Below are positions 42,201 through 53,364 of a stretch of DNA of 64,000 nt, in pieces. Numbering within the stretch: the first letter of the stretch is position 1; each line of letters starts with the position of its first letter. The notes below the pieces were generated by a model that made no database searches, had not been told where the DNA came from, and saw only the letters and a program-made list of their open reading frames with translations. The position numbers and the translations under genes are program-made. Origin of the DNA: Trichoplax adhaerens (taxonomy: Eukaryota; Animalia; Placozoa); assembly GCF_000150275.1 (NCBI RefSeq), contig NW_002060961.1, positions 1,272,569 through 1,336,568 on the forward strand, written 5' to 3'.

Positions 42201-43774
42201 AATATCAAATAGATAACTATAATGGCAATTATACTTGCCAGTAAGAATTTTACAAATGCGAAAAGTGAAAATCTAGAGAAGGGACAGGAAGAGTTTTCTA
42301 TTTATAAGTCAGTATCGCGAGTGCTTGCTGTTTTATAGTTTATACTAAGATTCAATGAATTATTAAGATTAACTAGTATCCTAATATATTCGCTTCATTT
42401 ATTTGGGTTCATAGGCATTATCTGATCAGGGCCTTTTTTCTGCTCTTATTGATAGCTGTTGGTTGGACTTTATTTGTTTTGTTCATCATATATAATCATA
42501 TCATATTGCAATATGCCTTCGCAATTCTTAGTTTTCTACAGGTATTGGATTAATTTGGAACTTTTCTTTTTCTTTATTGATTTCTTTAACTAATTTAAAG
42601 CTGACTATTATTATGAATGCCATACATAGATATTTAGACTTTCGGAGTTGTAAATATGTAGACAATTTAATTCACGTACTAGATTACTTCACAATATATT
42701 AACAATATTTTATCAATTAGGGACTGTATGTATTTGTATTTTATGGCATTCAAAAGATAATTCTGAAAAATGATGATTGGGTAAATGCAGCACTTAAACG
42801 TAGCAAATAGTTTTATTTCTTAAATTGAAATTTACTAAAACTACGACAATAATAAAGTATTGAAATACTACGTACTAAAATTATGCTGAGCATGAATTAA
42901 TTTTTATTAAAATTCATCAAATAGGAGAAATCATCAGTAAAGACAATGGATACAGGTCGCGGTGATTCTTTTACATCCAGAAGGTATTGCGATTTATTCT
43001 GACTCATTAAAATAAATTGGAGTTATTTTCATACGGTGCAAGGCTTTCGCTTCAGCTATTCCTTAAAATGTGATAACTATTCATCGTACGAATGGTTACA
43101 TTATTTTAGTAGTAGTAATAAACAATAACATTATTCTATAGTCTGTACAAAGCATTTATTACTGTTTGATGTTGTAATCACGTTAGCTTAGCTTGTATTC
43201 TTACTGGCGAAGTTCATGTATTCGATAAATGTCTACAGTTTTAAGAGGATCATTCAGCTAACTAAATAATTTTAAACTTAGCTGTGCGGTACTCTTATGA
43301 CTTATATTACAGTACTTGATAGTAGTTACCTAAATAAGGATTAGCCCATTAAAAGATGGAATAACCTATTAAAGTGCTTCTAAATTAGTTTAGGATATAC
43401 TTCATAGCGGCATAAATATTTCCTTTCTAAGCTACTTTATAATGCAGTTAATAATTACTACTCGAATACCTTTATGATTAGAAAAACTGGGCCACCAGAG
43501 CCAGATTCTATTAATGTTTACGAAGATACTGATGTAAATAACGTTGCTTACGAGGAAGTAATGGCAAGTAGAAACATTAGACACATTCATGATGTAATTT
43601 ATTCATTATAAATTCGCTCACTACCTAAATTTTCCTATTTTACAAATGGAGTGTAAATATATGCACTGTATGTTTACAATTAATTTATACGCACTTTATC
43701 ATAACCATGATTTTTTACCACTGATACAGATTGAAACTCCACCATCAAGTATGGAAGATTCGGTCCGGTTTTAA
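24202..43774 (+). CDS. giant adhesion GPCR (~41 exons, ~3000 aa): SP-Ig-IgGFc-Ig-IgGFc-Ig-Ig-Ig-FN3x9-Ig-HRM-GAIN/GPS-7TM-tail; three ectodomain exons carry frame lesions
   Basis: Hand-spliced, phase-consistent GT-AG exons (* = lesion): 24202-24271, 24389-24672*, 25246-26517, 27016-27303, 28260-29534, 30246-30526 (gap), 30659-30905*, 31133-31429, 31537-31851, 32068-32373, 33374-33670, 34151-34447, 34542-34837*, 35305-35601, 35733-36035, 36133-36203, 36303-36549, 36660-36962, 37036-37311, 37393-37500, 37678-37784, 37881-38048, 38287-38355, 38507-38624, 38863-38988, 39096-39165, 39338-39458, 39827-39888, 40197-40311, 40542-40639, 40853-40882, 40979-41081, 41214-41361, 41532-41613, 41759-41825, 42213-42307, 42415-42541, 42721-42780, 42925-42983, 43482-43593, 43730-43774. 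GPS CSFW...WSPSGC...CYCNHTTTFASL and class B2 TM motifs TYVGCGIS, LLHF..LAAFAWM, CWL, QYAFAILSFLQG. Confidence 0.85.
25246..26517 (+). CDS. adhesion GPCR exon: IgGFc-binding (FCGBP N-terminal-like) domain 1
   Basis: GREFYISF, YGKKYVI, DLTGTIMQSNETVGIFSGNECANIP, EQFLPASKLGQSY, DPFLTLVPAIEHY; 1272-nt phase 1-1 exon. Confidence 0.8.
28260..29534 (+). CDS. adhesion GPCR exon: IgGFc-binding domain 2
   Basis: GRDFCLG, YGKKYVA, DLTGTVIESDKGVAVITGNKCANVP, QHLPPIEALGRNY, GDPFIIAVP; 1275-nt phase 1-1 exon collinear with domain 1. Confidence 0.8.
30308..30357. other. assembly gap (50 N) inside an Ig exon
   Basis: N run. Both flanks translate as one Ig domain (YPKITQHPES...GSTA / GEPL...DNYQCRYSN), so the true gap is probably a multiple of 3. 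Confidence 0.95.
31537..36962 (+). CDS. adhesion GPCR: array of nine fibronectin type III domains (one dead exon at 34542-34837; one domain split over two exons)
   Basis: Repeating P..P.N.T...S.TS..V.W.P....NG.I..Y...L.P(F/Y)T.Y.I.I.A.T..G.GP pattern in 297-315 nt phase-1 exons. Confidence 0.9.
32854..33270. repeat. intronic diverged direct duplication (~229-bp period)
   Basis: acaa.c.aaggatta.ta.atagtatcattaa....atttagtaaa.gaaaat-like block begins at 32854 and at 33083. Confidence 0.7.
37393..40311 (+). CDS. adhesion GPCR: hormone-receptor (HRM) domain plus GAIN domain with GPS
   Basis: C-LGE...W-AKT..G..A...CP|GNATRLC......W..VDTTGC (HRM); LFGGDI, SNLF....W, VVYQTL, VNSHVFSAS, CSFW, WSPSGC, CYCNHTTTFASL (GAIN/GPS). 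Confidence 0.88.
40542..43774 (+). CDS. adhesion GPCR: class B2 7TM domain and cytoplasmic tail
   Basis: Seven hydrophobic segments over 9 exons, including a 30-nt micro-exon at 40853-40882; the tail (3 further exons) ends ...NVYEDTDVNNVAYEEV...MEDSVRF* (TAA 43772-43774). Confidence 0.85.
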
Positions 43775-46700
43775 TATTTTGTTTCACCTGAAATCGTATG
43801 ATAGCAAAATTGACGGAGAAAGTGTTTGTCTTTATTAAAATTTTTTGCTACTCCTTCTCTCATAAATGTTATAAATCAAACTAAATTTTTTAAATAGAAT
43901 TTTTCTTATCGTAAACTAAAAATTTCATTCATACATTCTAATAACAATTATTATTATAGCGCTGTATAAATTCGATATCATTTGTTCGCACCTACAATTT
44001 TCCTAAAACAGTATGTCTTAATATGTAAACGTAAATATTTTTACCCGACGTATTTTTCTGTAGTTAATCTGTATTTCTAAAATAGCAATATTAAGCTTCC
44101 ATTACTCTATCACCATTTACTAGTATGCTTTTACCTGCTTACTCTGGTTATTTTTACTAATAGCTATTCTTGGGGGGGGAATATTTCTGCCATAGCATTA
44201 TTAAATGGTTGTAGTAACGTAACCATTAGCTTTTGATGGTATCATGATTACTTATAATACTGAAATGGGCTTCTTAATAATTACGTCCCGTAGTGGCATC
44301 GATCTTAGTGACACAGTTTATAATATTATTAGCAATCCTCGCTCTAATCGTGATGTATTTCAATTCCAAGTGTTTAGCTTTATGAAATTTTAAGTCTGAA
44401 CATAATTATGAGTAGTTTTAAAATATACACTTATGCTCTTATGTATGTGCATCGATACTTTTATGGAATAAAAATTTTTAATATCCAGGGTAATGATTAA
44501 GATTCATAATTTTGTTATCGAAATAATGGTTCTTATTAGGCATTCATCAGACATGAAAATTTCTAAATTTTTAGGTAAAAGTTTTTCAAGTAATTTTGTA
44601 TTTCTGAGACATTTTAGGAAACTTTTACGTTATTTAATTCTTTGTTTTGTTGATGACTGAACTATTAATCCTCAAATTTATATAAATAATGAGTATGATT
44701 GCTAATCATTTCAGAACAATTCTCAGGCATAAGGCATCTTTTTATTCGAACATAAACTTTAGATAAAGAATTCTTATTACGCTGTCGTATTCGATATTAA
44801 GTACTGAAATATAAGTAGGCATAAATAGCTACAGTACCCTATGCCCTCACTTCTTCAATAGAATGGTTAATTTATTTTACTAATTCCGTTAATCTATCAT
44901 TATAATCAGGTTCAACATTTCTAAGGTAATGCCATGACTTGAACTATATCGCGTGAATATAGTAATCTGTATTTATATTTATCACATTCATTGCACAACT
45001 AATTTCGCACATTTTAAGACGCATGAAAATTGATTATAATAATAAAGGAATTTGTGATCGTTAGTTGGAATTGATCCAGGTTTAAATGTCATATGAACAT
45101 GAAAAACTAATTACCATACTTTGCGACTAGTCGTTTATTGCTATTATTTCTATCTCATCTGCGTAGACTTAGTTCAGTACCGTTTTTAGCACAGGTCTTT
45201 AGTTACGTTTAACGCTATTTCAGTTTAAATTATATTGTAAATTCTAAATACTTAAAAGTGGAAATTTAATTTGATCTTAACTATATGCATGATGAATATG
45301 TTGTGTGCAACTTTTTAGTACTTATTAATATAATCCCATGGCTTTAATTTAATTACTTGTAGTTGGCGTTAATTCCATTACCTATGTAGTCGTATTGCTT
45401 TTCGTACGAATTTGTACGGTATTAGTTGCTAGGATATCGCAAATTTAAGAAGGTTTAGTTTTAATTCTAACTATGTAAATAAATACAATCCCTCTAAAGT
45501 TTCTTAGAACTTTTATCATATCTATATAGCATAACAAAATCTATTCTGTCTAGTTTACTCAACATGTAAATCACAGAGTAAATTTTATAGTAGCAGATTT
45601 TTTAAATAGTTTCCTTTCGGTTTGAAATGCTATGTAATAGGATAATAAACTCTGGTAGACTAGTAAATTTCTTTACAACAACAACAGATCTTACAAATCA
45701 AGGACTATGAACTAATTCTATAGATACAACGTAATTAATGAAAGAATAAGTAGCCTAACACGTTGAAAAATAAGATTGCGAACATAATCATTTACACTTA
45801 TTCAATTTAGAATGCAACCGACATTTTGTAATTAGACTTACCTTCACGTAAACGCAACACAGATATTATTAGCTTTTTTAAGCTTAAAAGTATAGTGAAT
45901 TTCTCACATTGGCTTAGAAGATAATTGTATTTCAAACCTAAACGTGTAATAAGTTATTTTAATTGTGATACTGTCTTCTAATTTACTTACATGTAACATG
46001 AAACAGTTTTTGTTCTCATATCTCTCTGATGTACCATGGACTGCTAAAATAAAATCTATGTACTTTTAGAATTGATGTAAATCTTATAATAGAAGCGAAT
46101 CTACGCTAGTTTTACTCAGAATTGAGACTGCTCATATGCTGTTACCAACTTATTAGGTAATGAAAAATTCTAATCTTGCTTATTGCATTCTCATTCCATG
46201 TAAAAACTGTATTGCTGACTATTTTTAATATAATATCTTTTCAGAATTTATTGTTTAAATGCTAATAAAATAGAATATTTTTATAGGGTGCCTTAACGCT
46301 ATCATAAGTTTTAAGTGTTAAGAAAATTAAGTACTCGCATGAAAGTGTGACTTAATCAGGTTTCACTAAGTTTATGTTAGATATGTATTCCATGGATATT
46401 ACCTAATGGAAAAAATTACCACGCTGTAAATACAACTGATTTAAGGTGCTGATGCTATAGATTTTTAAAACGAAAGAAAGATTTCTATATAGCACAGTAT
46501 TTAATTAAAGATGTCTATAGCTGAGGAAAGTATTGGAAAGATCGTGAATATAAAAATTTTAGGATTTTTATTTTGGATAACGGCATGATGGAAATGGATG
46601 ATGATGACCGTTAACTTGCATATTCCAACATATTACCGAAATTGCACTTATTTTTTTAATAGCCATTGTAATTCATGCGGTGTGTTTATTCATGAAGAAA

Positions 46701-47034
46701 AAATCAAACGTAATATCGTGCACATTAACATAAAACATCGCCATAATTAATTGTTGGTATGATGTAATAGTCTTGTTTCTATAGGGAATGGTTCGCTATC
46801 TGCTGCCACTGGGTTTGCTGGATTAGCACAACAGAAATTTAAGCTAATATTGTACTTGTACAGTAGCCCTGACCATTTTGCAAAAATTACTTAAATTGAC
46901 GGATATAGGCGTTATAATTAAAAGAACTTTATTGTTTTATATGGATAGTCTAAGTCAAAATAAAACACGAAAATATACAGATGTGGATATTACTAAATTA
47001 TCCTACGGTTCTTTTGTTGCGATCTTTATTTTAG

Positions 47035-47290
47035 AAATATTGCCGAAATGACATTACCGTTACTCATGCTGACAAATCTCTTACTTGAATAATTATAATT
47101 TTACCTACACGGATCATGTCGCTCCACAAATTGGTTATTCTTGTCACCAATGTCCAGTAGGCTATATAGTTGATGGCTCAAATGTTATGATTATGATGAA
47201 TATGAAAATAGTACGCATTAATGTAGACAATCATGTTTTCATAAAGACGGCAGTTATACGTTTAGCTGTTTACTTGGATATCAACCCGAT
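47035..47290 (+). pseudogene. decayed EGF / calcium-binding EGF repeat fragment
   Basis: TDHVAPQIGYSCHQCPVGYIVDGS, then after a frameshift CYDYDEYENSTH*CRQSCFHKDGSYTFSCLLGYQ: the EGF-Ca pattern DxDEC...C...C.N..GSY.C.C..GY with Cys losses and a stop. Confidence 0.7.
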
Positions 47291-48282
47291 AGGCATTATT
47301 TTTGGGGTAGATCTTTTCAAATCATCAGTGCTGGATCTATCAACGGAAATAAGGTAGGTAATCCCACTAATTTTGCCTTCTGCGATCAAACCACAAGATA
47401 CCTCAAAATTGATGCAAAAAATGACGGAAGATATGGTTCTAACCGCTTCATTGAGTTGAGATCTGTTAAAATTGTTTCACAATTAATAATAATTAGAAAA
47501 ACAAGTTGGTACCTTGCTTTTCTGTAATTTTCAAATCAAAAAACCGAAGAAATTAATCATTTTACAATTGAATGCAGTTATGAGGAAACTATATCAATGG
47601 CATTATCGGATATCATAATGAGAACTTATTTGACGAAAACAAGAGCCCTTTATTGTAATAAAGCGCTTTTTTTTACTCAAGTGTAGAGTAATTCTTGTGT
47701 ATAAGCTGGCTCAGATAGTATAACTCTAACCCTAGACCATCCCATTTTATCCAAAACTGTTTTAATACTTGCGATCAAATGTCCTAATGAGTTTCCAAAT
47801 ACTTGTCGATCCGTAACATACTTGAAATATTCAAAAAGAACTTTAGGGTCCATTTGATCGCAGTATTGAAACAATTGTTGATAGAATGGGATGGCCTACC
47901 TAAGCCTAATCTAATCCTAAGGCTGTAAGTAATTGAAACCTTGATTGCTCCAAATCATATTGGCCTAGCATACTGTGGCATAAAAGCGCCAGAGGTTGAA
48001 CTACCGTATCGTGCCGACTGTTGGTAAAAGCCAGATTCGCTCTAACTTCGTTGTCATGTTCTTGATTTTCTCGTAATGTACACAATTGACTCTAATTACC
48101 GATAGATGATTCGTTTACGAAAGACATGCTCATTTCCCCAATTTAGTTATTGGTGAAATTAATCCAATATAAAGCTCAAAGTTTTACCAAGAACGATAGC
48201 TATCAATTGATTCATTGATTCATGTGCAGTAGTCGTCCATGACAACAGCATTAGACCGTACGGCACAATAATGCTTGTTGTC

Positions 48283-48295
48283 AGTTCAAAGTCCA
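48283..48295 (+). promoter_or_regulatory. DR1 element containing the HNF4-type core CAAAGTCCA
   Basis: AGTTCA-A-AGTCCA, ~555 bp upstream of the paralog-3 ATG. Motif match only. Confidence 0.4.
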
Positions 48296-48570
48296 ACTTT
48301 GTTGACAGATTTGCCATCACATGCTCCATCTACTTTTCTCTACTGATTTAAAGTATTATAGTGGATAGCATACTATCGTCTTATTGTATCTGAAAGAGGT
48401 CCAAAAATGCTATAGGCTCTGCTCCTTACTCCATGTTGTCTTCTACCCGATCGACTACTATCATGGCTAATAAAGCGAACATACGTAGGCAAGGGTGGCC
48501 GGCTAGCGTATGCGCACAACAATTACTGTACAGGACTTACGATGAAAATTATTGACGTAGTCTAATTAAC

Positions 48571-48583
48571 GGTTCAGAGGTCA
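48571..48583 (+). promoter_or_regulatory. DR1 nuclear-receptor response element
   Basis: GGTTCA-G-AGGTCA, ~265 bp upstream of the paralog-3 ATG, near a TGACGT core at 48553. Motif match only. Confidence 0.45.
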
Positions 48584-48848
48584 TCGAGAAAGCCAAGCGG
48601 TCAAGCGATTAGCGTGTTCTTTCATCGTTCTACTTCTACTTGAGAGAGAAACGATATTGCTATCCTATTTCTTGTGGTAAATCTTGTTGAAATCTATTGC
48701 TAAGTAGTAAAAATTGGTTCAGGGAAAATCGTTAGGTTAACTGATCTAGAGGAGAGCTTTTACTTTGTATGTTTACAGTTGGAAATTGATTCGCATTTCG
48801 TCTTGATTACTACAGTACAGACAGAATCGATCGTTAATCACAACAGTC

Positions 48849-50934
48849 ATGTCTCAACTTCGATTTATTCTGAATTCAACACCAAGAATTGGACGCTACT
48901 GTTATCATAACATTAAAATTCATCATCATGCTATGACAATCAATCGTGTACGTCTTCTATCAGACCAGCCACCATCAAGCCGTGATAGAGATGATTCATT
49001 TGCTTTAGGGCTGTATCGTGGCAAGGTCAAAACACAACAGCTATTCCCTTACCCTGATGCATTAGATGATGAATCCAAAGATACAGTCAAACTAATGATT
49101 GATCCCTTTGAGAAATATTTTCGTGAAATTCACGACCCTTCACAATGTGATCTAGATGAAAAACTACCTGATAAATCGCTGCAAGCACTCAAAGAACTTG
49201 GTGGTTTCGGTATACAGGCACCTCAAGAATATGGGGGGATGCAATTAAAGAATACACAATATGCACGATTAGCTGAAATTGTAGGATCCTTTGATTTATC
49301 CATTGCCGTATTTATGGCCGGCCATCAAGCCATCGGTTATAAAGGGATCGTACTCTTCGGTAACGAGCAACAAAAACAAAAGTATTTACCAAGTTTAACG
49401 ACTGGCGAGAAAATTGCTGCATTTTGTTTAACCGAACCTTCAGCTGGATCGGATGCCAATTCTATTCGTAGCACGGCTGTTCTTGATGAGGATGGCAAGC
49501 ATTATATATTAAATGGGAACAAAATATGGATTAGCAATGGTGGTATAGCCGACGTGATGACTGTATTCGCTCAGGTTCCTTTCAAGAAGGACGATTCCGA
49601 TAAACAATCTCAAGCTGTAACAGCTTTTATAGTCGAGAGAGATTTCGGCGGTGTTACTAGCGGTCTTCCCGAGAAAAAGATGGGAATAAGATCATCCAAT
49701 ACGGCTGCAGTCTATTTCGATAATGTAAAAATACCAGTAGAGAACGTGATAGGTAAAGTCGGTGAGGGTTTTAAAGTAGCTATGAATATACTCAATGAAG
49801 GTCGATTTGCTATGGGAGCCGCCATGTCTGGTGTAATTCGAATGCTAGTGACTAAAACTATTGAACATGCTAAAAATCGGGTTCAATTTGGCCAGCATTT
49901 AATCGAATATCAATCGATACAAGAAAAAATTGCTCAAATGGGTCTTACTCATTATGCTGTCGAATCGGTCGCCTATGCTGTTAGCAATAATATGGATAGA
50001 GGCATTAAAGAATTCCAGGTGGAAGCTGCTATAAGTAAAGTATTAAGTTCTGAATCAGCTTGGAATGTATGCGACGAATGCATACAAATATTAGCCGGTA
50101 TGGGATTTATGAGAGAAAATCAAGTAGAGCGTTTCATGAGAGACGTACGAATTTATCGTATATTTGAAGGTGCCAACGATACATTGCGCCTATTTATTGC
50201 CTTAAATGGTATTCAGTATGCTGGAAAGAATATGAAAGAACTACAGAAAGCGTTACAACAGCCAATCTCCAATTTGGGTACATTATGGAACCAAGGTGTT
50301 AAACGATCGAAACGTCTTATAGGTATTGCTGACAGTCAAGAGCTACTCGAAGTAACTGCACCTGAACTTAGCGATTGTGCTAAGATGATTACACAACGCG
50401 TTGAAGAATTTGGTGCTACGATAGAAAGGATACTACTTAAACATGGTCGTAATATCATCGATCAGCAGTTTATATTAAACCGCATAGCCAACGCTACAAT
50501 TGACATTTACTCAATGGCTGCAGTTTTATCTAGAGCAAGTACAGCAATCAGTAGTAATTTACCGACCGCAGATCATGAAAGAGTATTAGCGTCTACATTT
50601 ATTGACGAGGTTTGCTTATTATATTATACACTGTTAATTGTTGAATTGTTGCTAGTCGTTACTTCATGTCTACATTTATTGACGAGGTTTGCTTATTACA
50701 TTATATACTGTTAATTATTGAATTTTTGCTAGTCGTTACTTCATGGAAGCAAATATAAAATCGAGCTTGAATTATGAAATATTTTTATTATATTAGGGTT
50801 GTCAAAGAGTTGAACATAATCTAGCAGAGGTACTCAGGAAACGAAATTTGGAGCGCTTTTCCGCTTACTCAAGTATAACCAATGAAATTAGTGAAAATGA
50901 AGGAGTGGCAACAACTCGGCCTTTAAGATTCTAG
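48849..50934 (+). CDS. ACADVL: VLCAD/ACAD9-family acyl-CoA dehydrogenase, paralog 3 (most canonical); exons 48849-50609 and 50797-50934 (632 aa)
   Basis: Arg-rich mitochondrial-type presequence, HQAIGYKG, FCLTEPSAGSD, RIFEGANDTLRLFIAL, full KELQKALQQPISNLG... segment; same intron position; ends TRPLRF*. Confidence 0.93.
50591..50744. repeat. 77-bp tandem duplication spanning the exon 1 splice donor of paralog 3
   Basis: gtctacatttattgacgaggtttgcttatta...gctagtcgttacttcat at 50591-50667 and 50668-50744, with a few mismatches. Confidence 0.95.
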
Positions 50935-52368
50935 GATTGGTATGATTAAATAGCATTTGTATAGATAGATTTTATTGCATTACGCGACATTACCATATTG
51001 TAGGCGTATGAAAAGATTTTAAATTGAACCTAAGAGCTCTCTACAAGACATTGGTATAGTTACTACATAGTGACTAATATAGTATCAAATCCAATTAGTT
51101 TAATCAGTTTACCTATTATTATTATTGTATTCGGGATATGAGCGCATTTAAAATAAATTACATAACCGAATTTCTTGTCATCGTAATGTTTAAAGTTATC
51201 TTATGATATATCAATATTGCTATTTATTGAGTTTATAACCTAGAACATTTATATTTACTTGGATTTACAATTGTGCACCGTTGCATTGAGATAGTATCAT
51301 TAAAACTTGAAACCATTTCATATTATTGTACGTGAATAAAATGAATAAAATATTATTATTTCGATGATGTAATAATACTTTTCATTGATATGATATTGTA
51401 TATATATACACACGTTCATATATGAAGTTCATATATATACACCAATCTCTTTAAATTGAATAGAAACAATAATTTTTATATTGTTAATTTCCTAGTAGTT
51501 CATTTTTGAGCATTGAATTAAAGCTTGAAGTATAAGGTCATTCACAAAGAATCAAGGATTAAAATTGAATATTTTATCTAGAGTATGCTTGTCATCAACT
51601 TATGGTGGGACCGCGCAGCGTATCGGTTACGTTCCCTTAAGTTCTACTATTGTACATTTAACAGTAATTTATCCTTAAGTAGTAAACCGTTTATTCGCTA
51701 CATTTGAGAGACGGTTTCAGAGTAGGGATAAGAGACGTATTTTTGACAAGCTCTTCGATCTAATTACTAGATGTGTGTAACGAGTGCAATTGAATATACG
51801 TTTATCATTTCCACACACAATATTGTTCAGCCTATCCGACTATGAAAATAAGCAATTAGACTATCAAATAAGAGGGGCTGCAGTATGTCAGTACCAACTG
51901 ACTAGCGTACAGAATCAATTAACAAAGTTGTTTTTCACACTAATCTATGTTGATTAAACTAGTTTTATTGAGATTATACAATTTTACGTACATTTTAATT
52001 ATTGCCTGTGTACTGGCGAACCTTGTAAAAAGTATAAAAGAGCTTAATAATTTATTAGCTAAAGATTAGATAGATGATGCTATAGTAGAAGCTCATTATT
52101 TTACTAAAGTTTTATCTTTACCGTAGCTTTTTACACCTTTGTGTTGTTTCATGATTTTATCTATGATACTATCATGATTCAAGGTGCAGTGTTACTAAAG
52201 TATATTCAAATACAGTATTTTTCCTACTGTGGTTTTTGTGATCTGTTACATTTGATAGTTCAATTTTTGGATCGATTTTACAAAATTGATCCAAAATACA
52301 TGATATAATATATGAAGGCAATGCATAGCTCTTAACGTGGATTATCTATATCTGTGATTCAGTTTTAC

Positions 52369-53200
52369 AGACCTAAGGAAAAGTTACTGCGACTTATTAA
52401 TTAATCTAGAAAATAACTTAAATTTCAATCGTTCATTGTTGGTCAGCATATAAGATAGGTTAATAAATTACGTTAAACAAAATTCTTCAATATTTATCAG
52501 TACATGAGTCAGGTCAATATTCGCTAAGATCATTTAGCTAATTACAGTATTAAAATAATAAAACAAGCATTTGTAATTACTGAGGAGTTACAGCTTATTG
52601 ATTAATTAATGACCAAGTATCCAAACTATCAATTTATTTATCCTTCAAAAACGCCAATAAAGACTTGCATGTTTATTAGTATAAGATACACAAGAACTAC
52701 TTTAAAATACTTTATTCAAGATATATTCCTATTATCCGAAAACGATTATCTAATTACTAATTTGCTATCAAATGTTGTTAGATTTGCATATGGATTACAT
52801 TAATTCATCTATAGTAAAACAAATCTTCAACATTTTTTGTCATTAGATTACAATTATTTCGCGTATGGATAACACAGTACCTCGGTAAGGTCCTTGGATC
52901 ATCTGAGCTAATCCAGATTGTCCTAGTCATTTATCTAATACAATTTATTTTATTTGTGGAGGTCTGCTCGATTCATGTACGCCTTCTATTCAATCTAAAA
53001 CTTTATAGGATGGTTATTCGAAAATTTTACAAAAATTAAAAAATTTCTTTTGATCATGCGTCGCTTCTTTTAATCATAATGAGATCTATCGAGATTATAT
53101 TCAAGTAGATACATCTTTACATCCGAATGAGATAAATGGAAATCAGAAGAATGCTTTAGATGACATTTGCGCAAAGTCTTGGATGTTAGAAAGCAAGTAA
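52369..53200 (+). pseudogene. FUT8: FUT8-like alpha-1,6-fucosyltransferase pseudogene fragment (copy A)
   Basis: RPKEKLLRLIN*SRK*LKFQSFIVGQHIR*VNK...FVITEELQLID*LMTKYP...DIFLLSENDYL...RFAYGLH*; collinear with copies B and C, many in-frame stops. Confidence 0.85.
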
Positions 53201-53364
53201 TAAGTAAAAATTGTCATATATTGTCTAAAGGTATAATTGAATAATAAATAAATCAATTATACATATGAATTTTATTATATTTGACCCTTTCAATTTATTG
53301 TACAATTAGGAATCATATTATTTGACATTCCCTAGGATAGGGGAGATAATTTTTTTTTCTACAG

